38,616 bases of DNA from Candidatus Hodarchaeota archaeon (GTDB taxonomy: Archaea; Asgardarchaeota; Heimdallarchaeia; Hodarchaeales; Hodarchaeaceae). Shown piece after piece: positions 1 through 9,974 of the stretch (within the stretch, counting starts at the first letter, position 1; each line of letters opens with the position of its first letter). Location of the stretch: positions 1-38,616 of the forward strand of contig JAEOTQ010000020.1 of NCBI GenBank assembly GCA_016839785.1, read 5' to 3'. The notes below the pieces were generated by a model, which did no database searches, had not been told where the DNA came from, and saw only the letters and a program-made list of their open reading frames with translations. The position numbers and the translations under genes are program-made.

Positions 1-12
1 ACTAGAAATCAG

Positions 13-1212
13 TTAAAAGTAATCTCGAAGAGTTGCTGGTTGTTTTGGAAAGATCTGAGATAATTTCCGAGCCTCTGTTAGATCCCCATCTATTTTTCCC
101 ACTTCAGCCAATTCGGCTGTTGAATATATTCCAAAAATTATTTGGCTTAAAGTATTAATTGTTAAATGTAGTTTAGCTTCTTTTGGAACCAGGTTTACTT
201 GACATTGCCCGTTTTTTATCTGTAATTCGAAATTTTTGTTATTCCAAGGGCATCCAGTGTCTTTAATCGTGAAACACACATTTTCAACCAGAGAATCTAA
301 GTAGCTCAGCTTGGGGAGAAGTTTTTCGAGATCAATTATCCGGAACATAGAATTACTTAGATGCCGTTTTTCTTTAATATCAGGACTTTTCATATAGAGG
401 AGGTAGTTGGAATCCAGTGGAGCAAATTTAATATATTTTCGTTGTGAATCATGATTTGCCAGAAAATTTAATAACGCCTGCTTAGTTTCAGGATCGAAAG
501 TTATCATTTCTCTTACTTCAATATAAGGAAATTTATTTCGGTGACTTTTTTGTTCAAATCGAATTATTAAATATCCTAAATCATTGCCATTGAGATCTTG
601 ACAGATAAATTGAAATCCTCTTGAGTTCCAGCTCCATCCCATTAGCTCTATCCAAAGTTTCGAAGGACGTTTGACTAATCCATCAATTTTTTCCGTCATT
701 TTTTGATATAATGCTTGACAACGGGCATATTCAGGATGGAAATCTTCTTCTATTCGACGATTGGGCGTGGGATTCTGACGAATATTTGAACAGCGGATGG
801 AATACACTTCTAGGGAGTCAACATGCGCGTAACCGACTTTTTCATAAAATTCATATGAAAAGGGGTAGAGAGAAGACACTAGATACTCTTTTTTGTGAAG
901 ATCCTGAAAAATAAATTCAAACAATTTGGTGATATGCTGTTTCCGTCTATATTCAGGTTTACAAGCAACAGCTGAAATCCCTGCCATTTTCACCCATGTT
1001 CCGCGTATTCGCTGACTAAAATCAATAATACCTATGACTGCACTAATGGTAGCATTTTCTTCCACGACATAATCCGTCATCGGGTAAATAACAAGAGGCA
1101 GCGAATCAGGTGTTTTTGGTGTGTCATATCGATTCTTTCTTCCCTCGAATGCATAGACTCTAATTTTTCTAATTGCTTCCTTGTCATCATCAGTAGCTAG
1201 CCGGCAGATCAT
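13..1212 (-). CDS. Eis-family GNAT acetyltransferase (tandem GNAT plus C-terminal SCP2-like domain)
   Basis: Acetyl-CoA motif GISAVACKPEYRRKQ, 'SSLYPFSYEFYEKVGY', 'MFRIIDLEKLL' and the C-terminal 'DYF' are typical of Eis proteins. The ORF track starts at TTG 1287; ATG 1212 (MICRLA) is the more plausible start. Confidence 0.85.
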   Translation of the reverse strand: MICRLATDDDKEAIRKIRVYAFEGRKNRYDTPKTPDSLPLVIYPMTDYVVEENATISAVIGIIDFSQRIRGTWVKMAGISAVACKPEYRRKQHITKLFEFIFQDLHKKEYLVSSLYPFSYEFYEKVGYAHVDSLEVYSIRCSNIRQNPTPNRRIEEDFHPEYARCQALYQKMTEKIDGLVKRPSKLWIELMGWSWNSRGFQFICQDLNGNDLGYLIIRFEQKSHRNKFPYIEVREMITFDPETKQALLNFLANHDSQRKYIKFAPLDSNYLLYMKSPDIKEKRHLSNSMFRIIDLEKLLPKLSYLDSLVENVCFTIKDTGCPWNNKNFELQIKNGQCQVNLVPKEAKLHLTINTLSQIIFGIYSTAELAEVGKIDGDLTEARKLSQIFPKQPATLRDYF

Positions 1213-1394
1213 AGATATCAACTTACGAATAGAAAGAAAGAGAATTATAATTATCTTCTTCTTTTGGTAAAATCCATAACTCTTCAAATTATATTAACTC
1301 ATATGGTAAGATAGAGACTTTAACAATAAATACTCAAAATCCGTTCATTCTTTTGGCGACTTCCACTCTATAATACTAAAAATGTGAAAGAAAA

Positions 1395-1697
1395 ATGGGT
1401 GACAAAGACAGACGAATTTCTCGGAAACAGGGCCCAGTGTGTGCTAATCACACAGATCGTTTTGATACAAAAGAATGCGAGAGGTGTCATAAATTCTTCT
1501 GTACTGATTGTAGTGTTGAGGATTGGCATGAAAACTTTTTTTCTCAATTTATTGGTAAAAAACGAGATTTTATCAAGAAAATTTACTGTCATCCCTGTCA
1601 GAAACGAGTAGTACGAATTCGTATGGCAGGTTACATTGGATTATTATTAATGTTTGGACTCCCTGTAGTATTATGGGTGTTAATATCCCTCTCATAG
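1395..1697 (+). CDS. B-box-like zinc-finger protein with C-terminal transmembrane helix
   Basis: C-x2-H...C-x2-C-x3-FC-x2-C...YC-x2-C pattern, followed by hydrophobic GYIGLLLMFGLPVVLWVLI at the extreme C-terminus. Confidence 0.65.
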   Translation: MGDKDRRISRKQGPVCANHTDRFDTKECERCHKFFCTDCSVEDWHENFFSQFIGKKRDFIKKIYCHPCQKRVVRIRMAGYIGLLLMFGLPVVLWVLISLS

Positions 1698-1724
1698 AGC
1701 TTTAAATACTGGGCGTTTAAGGAA

Positions 1725-3395
1725 ATGCCACGAAATTCGTTAAAAGATTATCAGGAAGACCGTTTTGAACGGGGGGTTTATGATCGTAGAAATGCCCTCA
1801 ACGATTTAACTGGGAAAGAGTGGTTGTTTTCGACTAAAACCATTATTCCCAAAGAATATTTCTCTCGGTTTCCCCCTCTCTCAAGTGATCACGATTTTCC
1901 CCCCCTTCCCATTGATTTAAGCCAAGAGCTCATTGAAACTTTTACTAAACCCAATGGTACCATACTTGATCCATTTGCAGGACTGTGTAGTACATTGTTA
2001 GCAGGTTATTACCTCAATCAGGATTCTGACTCCTCTAACCGTGAAACAATTGGATTTGATAAAGAAATACTTAATTTAGAAGAATTTAGAAAAATCGCGC
2101 AAAAATTAAAGATTAAAAATTTAGGTAACATTTCTTACAAGCCATTTTCTGAACTTACACATCTTGCTAATAATTCTGTCAGTTTTATTTTATCAGATCT
2201 TTCAAAAAAAAGTATAAGTGACAAACAACAAGAAGAACCTCGGTTCAATACTGTAATAAAAGAATGGGTTCATGATAAAACGGACACACTCAAATTAAGT
2301 ATGTTGAAATTAGTTAATAATGGATACATGGTTCTATCTTTCCCTTTTTACAACAGAAATTACGGTGGTAAATCAAAAAACAATCTAGAATGGAATTTTG
2401 CTCTGATGAAGCTGATTACTACGCAGCTCAACTCATTAGGTGCAGTTTTAAAGGCTGAACGATTTTGGTTTGAACCATCAAATTCTAAAGAAGAAATAAC
2501 GCTCATAACACCTCAGAGACGATTTTTAGTCTTTCGTAAGGAATCATATCACGAAAATAATTCACCCTCCCAGTTTTTATCAAATCAAATTAAGTACCCC
2601 CTTGGGCCAACTTCTATCTTACACCGAAGTTTTCCTCCCTCTTTTGAGCATAAATTGCGAGGACAACATGGTGGAATGAAACCACCTGAATTAACAGAGT
2701 ATTTAATTCGTCGTTATTCACCTAACAAATCTGACCTTATTTTTGATCCATTTGTAGGCGTTGGAGGATCTTTATTGGGAGCTACTCTTGCTCATCGGAA
2801 AGCGGTTGGTATCGATATCAATACACAATGGCAAGAAGTATATTATGAAGTATGTCGTCGTATGCAAGTACCCGAACAAACATATGTGGTCGGAGATTCC
2901 ACTCAAGTCCTTAATGATCTTCTTGAAGACGAAAGTATCGGGATGATAATGACGGATGTTCCTTACTGGGCAATGGACAAGTTGAGAAAAACTCGTGGTC
3001 GATTTTCCAAAGCTGGTGAAGAATCAAAAGACAAACTTCATTCCTCACTGAAACAGTTTGATCAAGGTGCGATCCTTACGATTCAGGAATGGCATGAACT
3101 TCTAGAGAAAACTTTCAGTGCTTGCTATAAAAAACTCGCTAAAGGACACGTTTTAGCGGTATTCATTGGTAATATGTATCGAACTTTGACAGAACAACAA
3201 GCAGGACGCTCTATCAAGGTTGGAAAATTTTTACTTCTTTCATCCTCACTTGCCGAAATCCTAGTGTCTCTAGGATATCGCTATCGTGAGGAAATTATCT
3301 GGTACGCTCCTGATAAAGCCCTCCACATTTTTGGATATCCCTATTCCTATATCCCAAGTGTTGTCCATCAAAGCATCCTTGTTTTTGAAAAATAA
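1725..3395 (+). CDS. Tandem-domain SAM-dependent nucleic-acid methyltransferase (N4/N6 DNA methylase-like)
   Basis: Two SAM-binding motifs (ILDPFAGLCS; IFDPFVGVGG). Catalytic-like TDVPYW is present only in the second half; N-terminal LNDLTGKEWL; both halves end in ...LVF[RE]K. Confidence 0.75.
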   Translation: MPRNSLKDYQEDRFERGVYDRRNALNDLTGKEWLFSTKTIIPKEYFSRFPPLSSDHDFPPLPIDLSQELIETFTKPNGTILDPFAGLCSTLLAGYYLNQDSDSSNRETIGFDKEILNLEEFRKIAQKLKIKNLGNISYKPFSELTHLANNSVSFILSDLSKKSISDKQQEEPRFNTVIKEWVHDKTDTLKLSMLKLVNNGYMVLSFPFYNRNYGGKSKNNLEWNFALMKLITTQLNSLGAVLKAERFWFEPSNSKEEITLITPQRRFLVFRKESYHENNSPSQFLSNQIKYPLGPTSILHRSFPPSFEHKLRGQHGGMKPPELTEYLIRRYSPNKSDLIFDPFVGVGGSLLGATLAHRKAVGIDINTQWQEVYYEVCRRMQVPEQTYVVGDSTQVLNDLLEDESIGMIMTDVPYWAMDKLRKTRGRFSKAGEESKDKLHSSLKQFDQGAILTIQEWHELLEKTFSACYKKLAKGHVLAVFIGNMYRTLTEQQAGRSIKVGKFLLLSSSLAEILVSLGYRYREEIIWYAPDKALHIFGYPYSYIPSVVHQSILVFEK

Positions 3396-3420
3396 ACCTC
3401 TATACTCTGGAAGAAAAGCA

Positions 3421-5313
3421 CTACTTCTGTTTTTTCTTTGAAGCAAAAATCCCCAGAGCGAGGATGAACATTATCAATTGGAACCCAGGGATGATTGAAG
3501 TGTTTGTTGATTGAGAGGATGAACTCGTTGTATCTGAAGATAAAATTGCGAATATCTCAGAATAAACGATTCCATTTGAAGTGGTATTGTAAAACATATA
3601 TTTAACCTTATAATACCCTTCTGGAAGTGAAACCAGATCAACATTCAATGCTTGCCAACTCTGAGTTGTATCATCATAAATAAAATCCCCTGAAATCCCC
3701 ATCGATTCACCTGTAGACGACAGTATTTCGTATATTCCACCATCAGCAATTATCCACATAAAACCATTTGAATCAGATACACTGACATTACTCAAATTGA
3801 GCATTCCATCTGAATAGATGAGAGTACCCATGGTAATATAGATACCTGTCGGATTTACAATGAACCAATAGTCTTGTGCTGGTGCGGTATTCTCATCGTC
3901 ATGGTCAGGAGTACCTGCCTCTGTATAAGCACTCACTACAACGTATATATCATCAGCTGAAATGTTCTCTACTGCTGATGAAAAATTCGCAAATCCATCT
4001 GGCGCGATCATAATTGGAATGACCACTGTATCAAGTGGAACAGTTGTTGTATTTTCCATGATTACGGTGACTAAGAAACCTTCAGAAGATTCACTTTGAA
4101 ACTCAAATGTGAAAGGTAAATCAATAGGATAATTGAATTTTAAGTAATCTGTACCCCAAAACGGAACAGAATTCTCGGTACGTGGTAAAGGAGACGATGC
4201 ATAGGTGTCTTCGGTATTGACAGTCACACTATCATTGTAATACCCATACGCTCCACCTGCAAATGATGTATCATCCAAGAAATTCGCAATTGTCCAATTT
4301 CGGAATACTTCCACAAATGGAACATCATAACCTTGTTGAAAAAGAGAGTCCTCGATGCTTTCAATTCCATTGGCTGATCGTTGAACCAAATCTTTGATCA
4401 CAAGATTGCCCCCATAATGTTCTGCTAAGTATAAGAAGAACGTGTAGGATGCACCATAATTGGCTAGTACTAAATTGCCACTCGAATCCCAATAAGTCAA
4501 AGAAACATCAGGATTGTCTCGAAAATCTGACCCCACTCCACCTGCGAAGGCATCACCGCCAATTAAATATTCTGCAAACATTGAGGCCCCTTCATCGAAC
4601 CATGTTTCTTCATCATCATCATTGCCAAAATGTATCAGGTGTTGAAATTCGTGGGCAACCGTTTCAATGTTATCGGCAGCTAAGATATCAATGTGGAGAA
4701 TTTCTGCCTCATTGCTATAGCGAAGATTCGGCTGAAGTTCGCTGTTTAAAAATTGATTTAGCGAATAAAAAAATCCTGCTACAAATCCATAATCAATCTC
4801 ATCTATATCGTAAACAAGGAGAATAATTTTGTTATTACTATCAATATCTGGGGGTATACCGAAGAAATCTGTGAGAGCTGGGTAGACAAGGGTTTCGAAG
4901 CTATCGTTCATATCTAACAATTCTGGATCAGAAACAGCTGTAGTATTCGAGTAGATTAAATTATGTGGTCCATTAACCTTTAAGGTGGCATTAATCTGAT
5001 AAAATTCATATGGATAAGTTGAAACATCAGGAACCCAAAATAAGCGTGAGCTACCGATTACCTGTTCTGTGGTCTCTATACTGAGAGAAGTTGTAGGAGT
5101 TTCTTTTACCGATTGAGCTGCATTGTCATTGGAAGATTTTAGATGAGAGATTGTTTCTTTGTTAATTACTGGTGGGTGTAACAATGATTCGCTAGTTTCT
5201 GACATTTTTATTATTGGTGGATCAATATCTGAGGATAATACTGATATATATCCGATTCCAGAGCTACACACAAGTAGAAATAAACTGATTGAGACGATTT
5301 TTGACCAGACCAT
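3421..5313 (-). CDS. Secreted/surface zinc metallopeptidase (M30/M6-like) with PGF-type C-terminal sorting signal
   Basis: N-terminal signal peptide; HEFQH zinc motif followed by WFDEG; Ser/Thr linker, PGF, TM helix and KKKQK tail. Confidence 0.8.
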   Translation of the reverse strand: MVWSKIVSISLFLLVCSSGIGYISVLSSDIDPPIIKMSETSESLLHPPVINKETISHLKSSNDNAAQSVKETPTTSLSIETTEQVIGSSRLFWVPDVSTYPYEFYQINATLKVNGPHNLIYSNTTAVSDPELLDMNDSFETLVYPALTDFFGIPPDIDSNNKIILLVYDIDEIDYGFVAGFFYSLNQFLNSELQPNLRYSNEAEILHIDILAADNIETVAHEFQHLIHFGNDDDEETWFDEGASMFAEYLIGGDAFAGGVGSDFRDNPDVSLTYWDSSGNLVLANYGASYTFFLYLAEHYGGNLVIKDLVQRSANGIESIEDSLFQQGYDVPFVEVFRNWTIANFLDDTSFAGGAYGYYNDSVTVNTEDTYASSPLPRTENSVPFWGTDYLKFNYPIDLPFTFEFQSESSEGFLVTVIMENTTTVPLDTVVIPIMIAPDGFANFSSAVENISADDIYVVVSAYTEAGTPDHDDENTAPAQDYWFIVNPTGIYITMGTLIYSDGMLNLSNVSVSDSNGFMWIIADGGIYEILSSTGESMGISGDFIYDDTTQSWQALNVDLVSLPEGYYKVKYMFYNTTSNGIVYSEIFAILSSDTTSSSSQSTNTSIIPGFQLIMFILALGIFASKKKQK

Positions 5314-5540
5314 ATATTTTGCCCCAAGACGCGATTTATCCTTCTACTAGGCCTTCTTTCTTTCATTCTTAAAATGATATTCAAATGGGAAACGCTAATT
5401 TTTTCACAAAGTCTCACATTTCTGTGAAGAAAATAGAAACAAAACTTGGTACCGCAGTTTTCTGTTATTCCTACAAAGTAAATTGATAAAATCTGAAATT
5501 TTGTAACATGAGATTGGATTACAATGCTTGGTTCTTAACT

Positions 5541-6077
5541 TCACCCAAACCAAAGGTATGTAAGCATCCCTAAACCACAAAACACAGAGCCTGAGATTTG
5601 CATCACCCAGAACCAGGCTAGTTCAGAAGTTGGTTTTTCTGTTTGAGCAACGAAATAATTGGATCCCCAGGCTTCGATTCTCTTCCCAATCGAATTACGA
5701 TGATCTTTCGTCACATAGATAAATGCTACCCGCTCACCAAATAACAGACCTCCAAGATAAATAGGTTCAAGCCCAGAAAACAGATCTACTATATAATGAA
5801 CCGCAAGTGCTACTGAAAACATATTTATTTCAGGATAGATCCTCACTGGAAATACAACCCAAATGAAAAGGACAAATAAATAATCGTGAGTGACCCTCCG
5901 AGCCATAATTTCAGAAATATTAAGTTTAACTAAAAATAATTCCAGAAAGTCAGAGATTTGACTACCTAATATGATAAAAATGATCCAAGTGGGATTGGAG
6001 GTGAAATTAATATCAAAGAATGCAAACCAGAAAAAGATGACTCCAAATACCCATTCAGTGTGTTTTAAGGCTTCCAT
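5541..6077 (-). CDS. YdjM-like membrane metal-dependent hydrolase paralog (partly degenerate)
   Basis: Hydrophobic; motifs H..., SQISD, RRVTH, HYIVD; clearly homologous to the upstream gene. Confidence 0.6.
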   Translation of the reverse strand: MEALKHTEWVFGVIFFWFAFFDINFTSNPTWIIFIILGSQISDFLELFLVKLNISEIMARRVTHDYLFVLFIWVVFPVRIYPEINMFSVALAVHYIVDLFSGLEPIYLGGLLFGERVAFIYVTKDHRNSIGKRIEAWGSNYFVAQTEKPTSELAWFWVMQISGSVFCGLGMLTYLWFG

Positions 6078-6093
6078 ACTTCAATCACATAAT

Positions 6094-6606
6094 TTAGCTA
6101 AAGTACATGAATATTCCAACAACTAAAAACCATGATCCAAGAATAGTTAAAAACCACAACCAAGATAGTTCATCACCAATATTTTCTGAACCATGATAAG
6201 AACTTTTTATCAAATTTCTGACCCTTCCACCGATTGCTATTGACTGTTCGATAGATACTATTTGTATAGCTCCTCTATGTGAGATTGGTGAGAATAAGTA
6301 TATTGGATCTCTTCCTGCAAGAATATCTTCCATGATGTGCATAATAGATCCGAGTGTAAGAAATGCTATTACAGGAATAAAGTAACTAATTACTAATAAA
6401 ACGCCAATGAAGAAAACTGTATGGGATATTTCTCGGTGTCCTTCCTGAAAGTGTTTTCCTCTATATAAAATCCAATCGAAAATATCTGGAAAGTCAGAAC
6501 CAATTCCTAGTAATAAAAAACTCAGAGCATCAAGAGGGATTTGGAAAATTGCGCAAAGCATTAACCCAAAGCCCAAGGTCCATTCTAAATGCCCAATTGG
6601 ATCCAC
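6094..6606 (-). CDS. YdjM-like membrane metal-dependent hydrolase
   Basis: MDxxGH, GSDFPD, HREISH, HIMED pattern in a 4-TM protein; GTG start preceded by GGAG. Confidence 0.75.
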   Translation of the reverse strand: MDPIGHLEWTLGFGLMLCAIFQIPLDALSFLLLGIGSDFPDIFDWILYRGKHFQEGHREISHTVFFIGVLLVISYFIPVIAFLTLGSIMHIMEDILAGRDPIYLFSPISHRGAIQIVSIEQSIAIGGRVRNLIKSSYHGSENIGDELSWLWFLTILGSWFLVVGIFMYFS

Positions 6607-6861
6607 TAGTATCTCCTACAGTCAAAGGAATAATAATTCACCGTTCTTTCGGTAAGGATTGACAAGTAGTCTTACCCTCTGAATATTCTTTAAATCATTT
6701 TGTGACGATTTTCTAGGCAAAAATCCTATTATGGCGAAGAATAAGAGTCCATCTGTACTTCAGAAGTGACAAAATCCCATTCCTCATTCACGATGTATGC
6801 TTTTAATCCTTATCTGTAAATGATGTAAGAACTCCTTTCGCTTTCCTTTACATAAAGTTGC

Positions 6862-8649
6862 GTGGTTATTATCCGAATCTTGAGTATTAATTATGATAAA
6901 TGTAAACCTGATTTATGTGGATTTGCCTGCTTCAAATACTGTCCTTTAGTGATTAAAGGTCAGAAGAATGTCATAACATTTCGGAAGGCAATGGGAAAAC
7001 CTATTATCAACAACAATACCTGTTTAATGGCTAAAAAAGGAACTTGTGGTATCTGCATAAACAAATGCTTTCCTCGTGCTCTTAGTGTTACTAATTTACC
7101 TTCAGTTGAAACAGCTGGAATATTAGTCCATAGTTATGATGAGAATGGATTTCGGTTCTTCGGTGTCCCTCAAATTCATCCTGGTAAAGTTATTGGTTTA
7201 TTGGGAGTCAATGGCATAGGTAAATCGACGATGTTAGATATTTTGGCGGGAATGAAGCCTAATGGAGGGAATTATCAAGACCTAGATAGGGGGTACAAAC
7301 ATTTCCTTTCCCAATTGAAAATATCAAGTTTTCGTCAATTTCTTTCGGAAGTTGAAACAAATACACTAAAAGTGACACATAAAACCCAAATCTTTAACCA
7401 TCTTACTGAGCTTTCAGATTCAGTATCTAATATCTTATCAAACAATGATAACAAAGGACATTATTCTATAGATGAAATAATTGAGTTAATGGAGCTCACA
7501 TCGATTTTAAATCGAATTCCCAACGAATTATCTGGAGGGGAGTTACAAAGACTTGCTATTGGAATCGCTCTTTTACAGAATGCAGATATTTATCTTATAG
7601 ATGAACCTTGTACATTTTTGGATTTTCGTCAAAGGATAAAGATGGCGAAGATCTTTCACCAATTGGCGTCTGTGGGAAAAACTGTATTCATTGCTGAACA
7701 TGACATTGCTATTCTTGACTTTCAAAGCGATCTGATCTATCTATTTTATGGGGAACCCCATAAATTTGGAGTTATTTCAAGGCTAGCTTATAGTACTAAG
7801 AAAGGGATAAACAATTTTCTCCTCGGTCGATTAAAAGATGAGAATGTGAGAATCCGTGGAAAACATATTGTGTTTACACGAGTCGTTAAAGAAAGAGATT
7901 GGGAAGGAAGACCAGGGGTAGAATTCCCAGCATTTAAAAAACAAGTTGGGTCATTCAATCTCTCAGTGGATAAGGGGATTAATTATTTTGGAGAAATTCT
8001 TTGCATTCTAGGAGAAAATGGATTAGGAAAAACTACTTTCGCTCGGCATCTCACTCAAACATTGAAATCGGTAAAAGTTTCCTTCAAACCCCAATTTCTG
8101 CACCGTAATTTTACTGGAACTGTACGGGAATTTTTAACTCAGTATACGAATACATTCATTAGTTCTCGTGCCTTTAAGATTCATATATTGAAACCCTTTT
8201 CAATTTCTCATCTTTTAGACAAACCCATAAGTGCTTTGAGTGGAGGAGAACTTCAACGATGTTTTCTGGCGGGTTGTTTAGGAAAAAAAGCAGATTTATA
8301 CATCATAGATGAAGGAAGTGCTTTTCTTGATGTAGAAGAAAGATTGAATGCGACTCGTGTTATTCGACATATTGTGTCCAAAAACAATGCGGCCTGTATT
8401 GCGATTGAACATGATATCCAAATAGCTGATGCGTTAGCAGACAGGGTCATGCTCTTCGAAGGAACACCGGGCCACATTGGTCAAACTGTTGGACCATTGT
8501 CTAAAAAGGATGCACTTAATAGATTTTTACAAGAGATTGATGTTACTTTTCGAAGGGATTCTGAAACCGGACGAGCCCGTCTAAATAAATTGGGAAGCCG
8601 ATTGGATAGGGATCAGCGAAAAAACAATGCTTATTATCATGATTTCTAG
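6862..8649 (+). CDS. rli: ABCE1/RLI ribosome-recycling ATPase (divergent)
   Basis: N-terminal Cys clusters (CKPDLCGFACFKYCP; C...CGICINKC); two NBDs (GVNGIGKST, GENGLGKTT); two LSGGELQ; EHD H-loops; hinge TFRRD..TGR.R.NK. Confidence 0.9.
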   Translation: MVIIRILSINYDKCKPDLCGFACFKYCPLVIKGQKNVITFRKAMGKPIINNNTCLMAKKGTCGICINKCFPRALSVTNLPSVETAGILVHSYDENGFRFFGVPQIHPGKVIGLLGVNGIGKSTMLDILAGMKPNGGNYQDLDRGYKHFLSQLKISSFRQFLSEVETNTLKVTHKTQIFNHLTELSDSVSNILSNNDNKGHYSIDEIIELMELTSILNRIPNELSGGELQRLAIGIALLQNADIYLIDEPCTFLDFRQRIKMAKIFHQLASVGKTVFIAEHDIAILDFQSDLIYLFYGEPHKFGVISRLAYSTKKGINNFLLGRLKDENVRIRGKHIVFTRVVKERDWEGRPGVEFPAFKKQVGSFNLSVDKGINYFGEILCILGENGLGKTTFARHLTQTLKSVKVSFKPQFLHRNFTGTVREFLTQYTNTFISSRAFKIHILKPFSISHLLDKPISALSGGELQRCFLAGCLGKKADLYIIDEGSAFLDVEERLNATRVIRHIVSKNNAACIAIEHDIQIADALADRVMLFEGTPGHIGQTVGPLSKKDALNRFLQEIDVTFRRDSETGRARLNKLGSRLDRDQRKNNAYYHDF

Positions 8650-8686
8650 ATTCTTTCCTAGGAGAAAAGAATTTCTAATTTTATTT

Positions 8687-9895
8687 TCAAAAGATGGGAA
8701 AAATTAGAGAAAACCATTCAGCAGGTAAGGGGAGGCATAGCAATATTAATATCAGCATACCTATCGCAACCATTTTGCGAGAAAGAGATAATTCAGTTAA
8801 ATCATCTAGAGGGCCTGAATGTCCTGTTTGTGAATACATAAATAATAGTAAGATTGCAAAAAACCAGAAACCGATTACTACTAGAACACCCGCACTAATA
8901 TAGGTGACGATGCGATGATTTTTTTCTGAAAACATACTTCTAGCAACATGTCCACCATCACTCTGACCGATAGGGATTAAGTTTAGTCCTGTAAGCAGAA
9001 ATCCAATAAAACCTGCATAAGCAAACGGATGTAGGAAAACTATAACACTATTGCTATATTGTGGAACGAAAAAATATGCGATGAGCTCAAATAATAATAT
9101 TCTCATTCGGTCAGGACTATTTAATCTCAGATCAAATAGTCCCAATGGATTAGAGAAATCCTGGGTTACCTCTGCAGCTGGTACAACGATCGAATTCATT
9201 AATCCTATTACAGAGAAAAAAATCGCGATCGCAAATCCAAAGATAGGTCCAGCTAGGCCAACATCGAATAGGTCATTCCGTGACCGTATAGGGGTTTTTT
9301 GAGAAATAAATGCGCCCATCGTTCCTAGACCTATGGGCATAGGGATAAAATGAGGCCAACTAGCTTTAATTCCATGAAGTCGTGAGGCAACCATATGTCC
9401 AATTTCATGTATTCCTACGATTCCCATTAAACTAATAACGTAAAATACGCCGACAATTATTGGATCAAGAGTTGGTTCAGCAATACGAAGATCGTCCCAC
9501 ATGGTCACACCAACTATAAATACAGAAATTACCGTTAGGATAAATAGGACAATAGGTGTACTCAAATTTTGTTTTGTTACAATCATTTTTTCTGGAATTG
9601 GAAATATATAAAGCATTCCCCTCGATTCGTGAACGGGATGAGATCGGATAAGAGACATGTAACCCATGGTTTTAAGCGTTTGATTAACTTGCTTAATATT
9701 GCCTCCAATATCGCTTCGTTTAAGAATTTCATAAACGGGGAATATCTCCTGTTGAAATGGAGAGCCAGATTCTGACGTTGGTCTATATTGTTTAGATGTA
9801 ACTGTAAAAAATTGGTTGATTAACTCATCTATTTGAGAGTACTTCCAGAATCCTGACATTAGACTTTCATGATGACTTAGGTACTTGGTTATCAA
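8687..9895 (-). CDS. Site-2 protease, M50 family intramembrane metalloprotease
   Basis: HEIGH within a TM segment, GLAGP, NLIPIGQSDGGH; the start position is uncertain. Confidence 0.9.
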   Translation of the reverse strand: MITKYLSHHESLMSGFWKYSQIDELINQFFTVTSKQYRPTSESGSPFQQEIFPVYEILKRSDIGGNIKQVNQTLKTMGYMSLIRSHPVHESRGMLYIFPIPEKMIVTKQNLSTPIVLFILTVISVFIVGVTMWDDLRIAEPTLDPIIVGVFYVISLMGIVGIHEIGHMVASRLHGIKASWPHFIPMPIGLGTMGAFISQKTPIRSRNDLFDVGLAGPIFGFAIAIFFSVIGLMNSIVVPAAEVTQDFSNPLGLFDLRLNSPDRMRILLFELIAYFFVPQYSNSVIVFLHPFAYAGFIGFLLTGLNLIPIGQSDGGHVARSMFSEKNHRIVTYISAGVLVVIGFWFFAILLLFMYSQTGHSGPLDDLTELSLSRKMVAIGMLILILLCLPLPAEWFSLIFPIF

Positions 9896-9974
9896 AAAGT
9901 CTTTGATACTGGAAAATGAGACTAGAAGATAAAGATTATCCTAGTTGACTCTTAGGAAGCATCATTAGATTGAA

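Noticed and set aside
1725-3395. Restriction-modification or defence island
   Set aside because: No endonuclease or other defence genes are adjacent; the neighbours look like housekeeping genes.
6621-6663. Weak hairpin (gtcaaa...accg-ttcttt-cggt...tttgac) as ncRNA
   Set aside because: Short stems in AT-rich divergent promoter DNA; compatible with chance.
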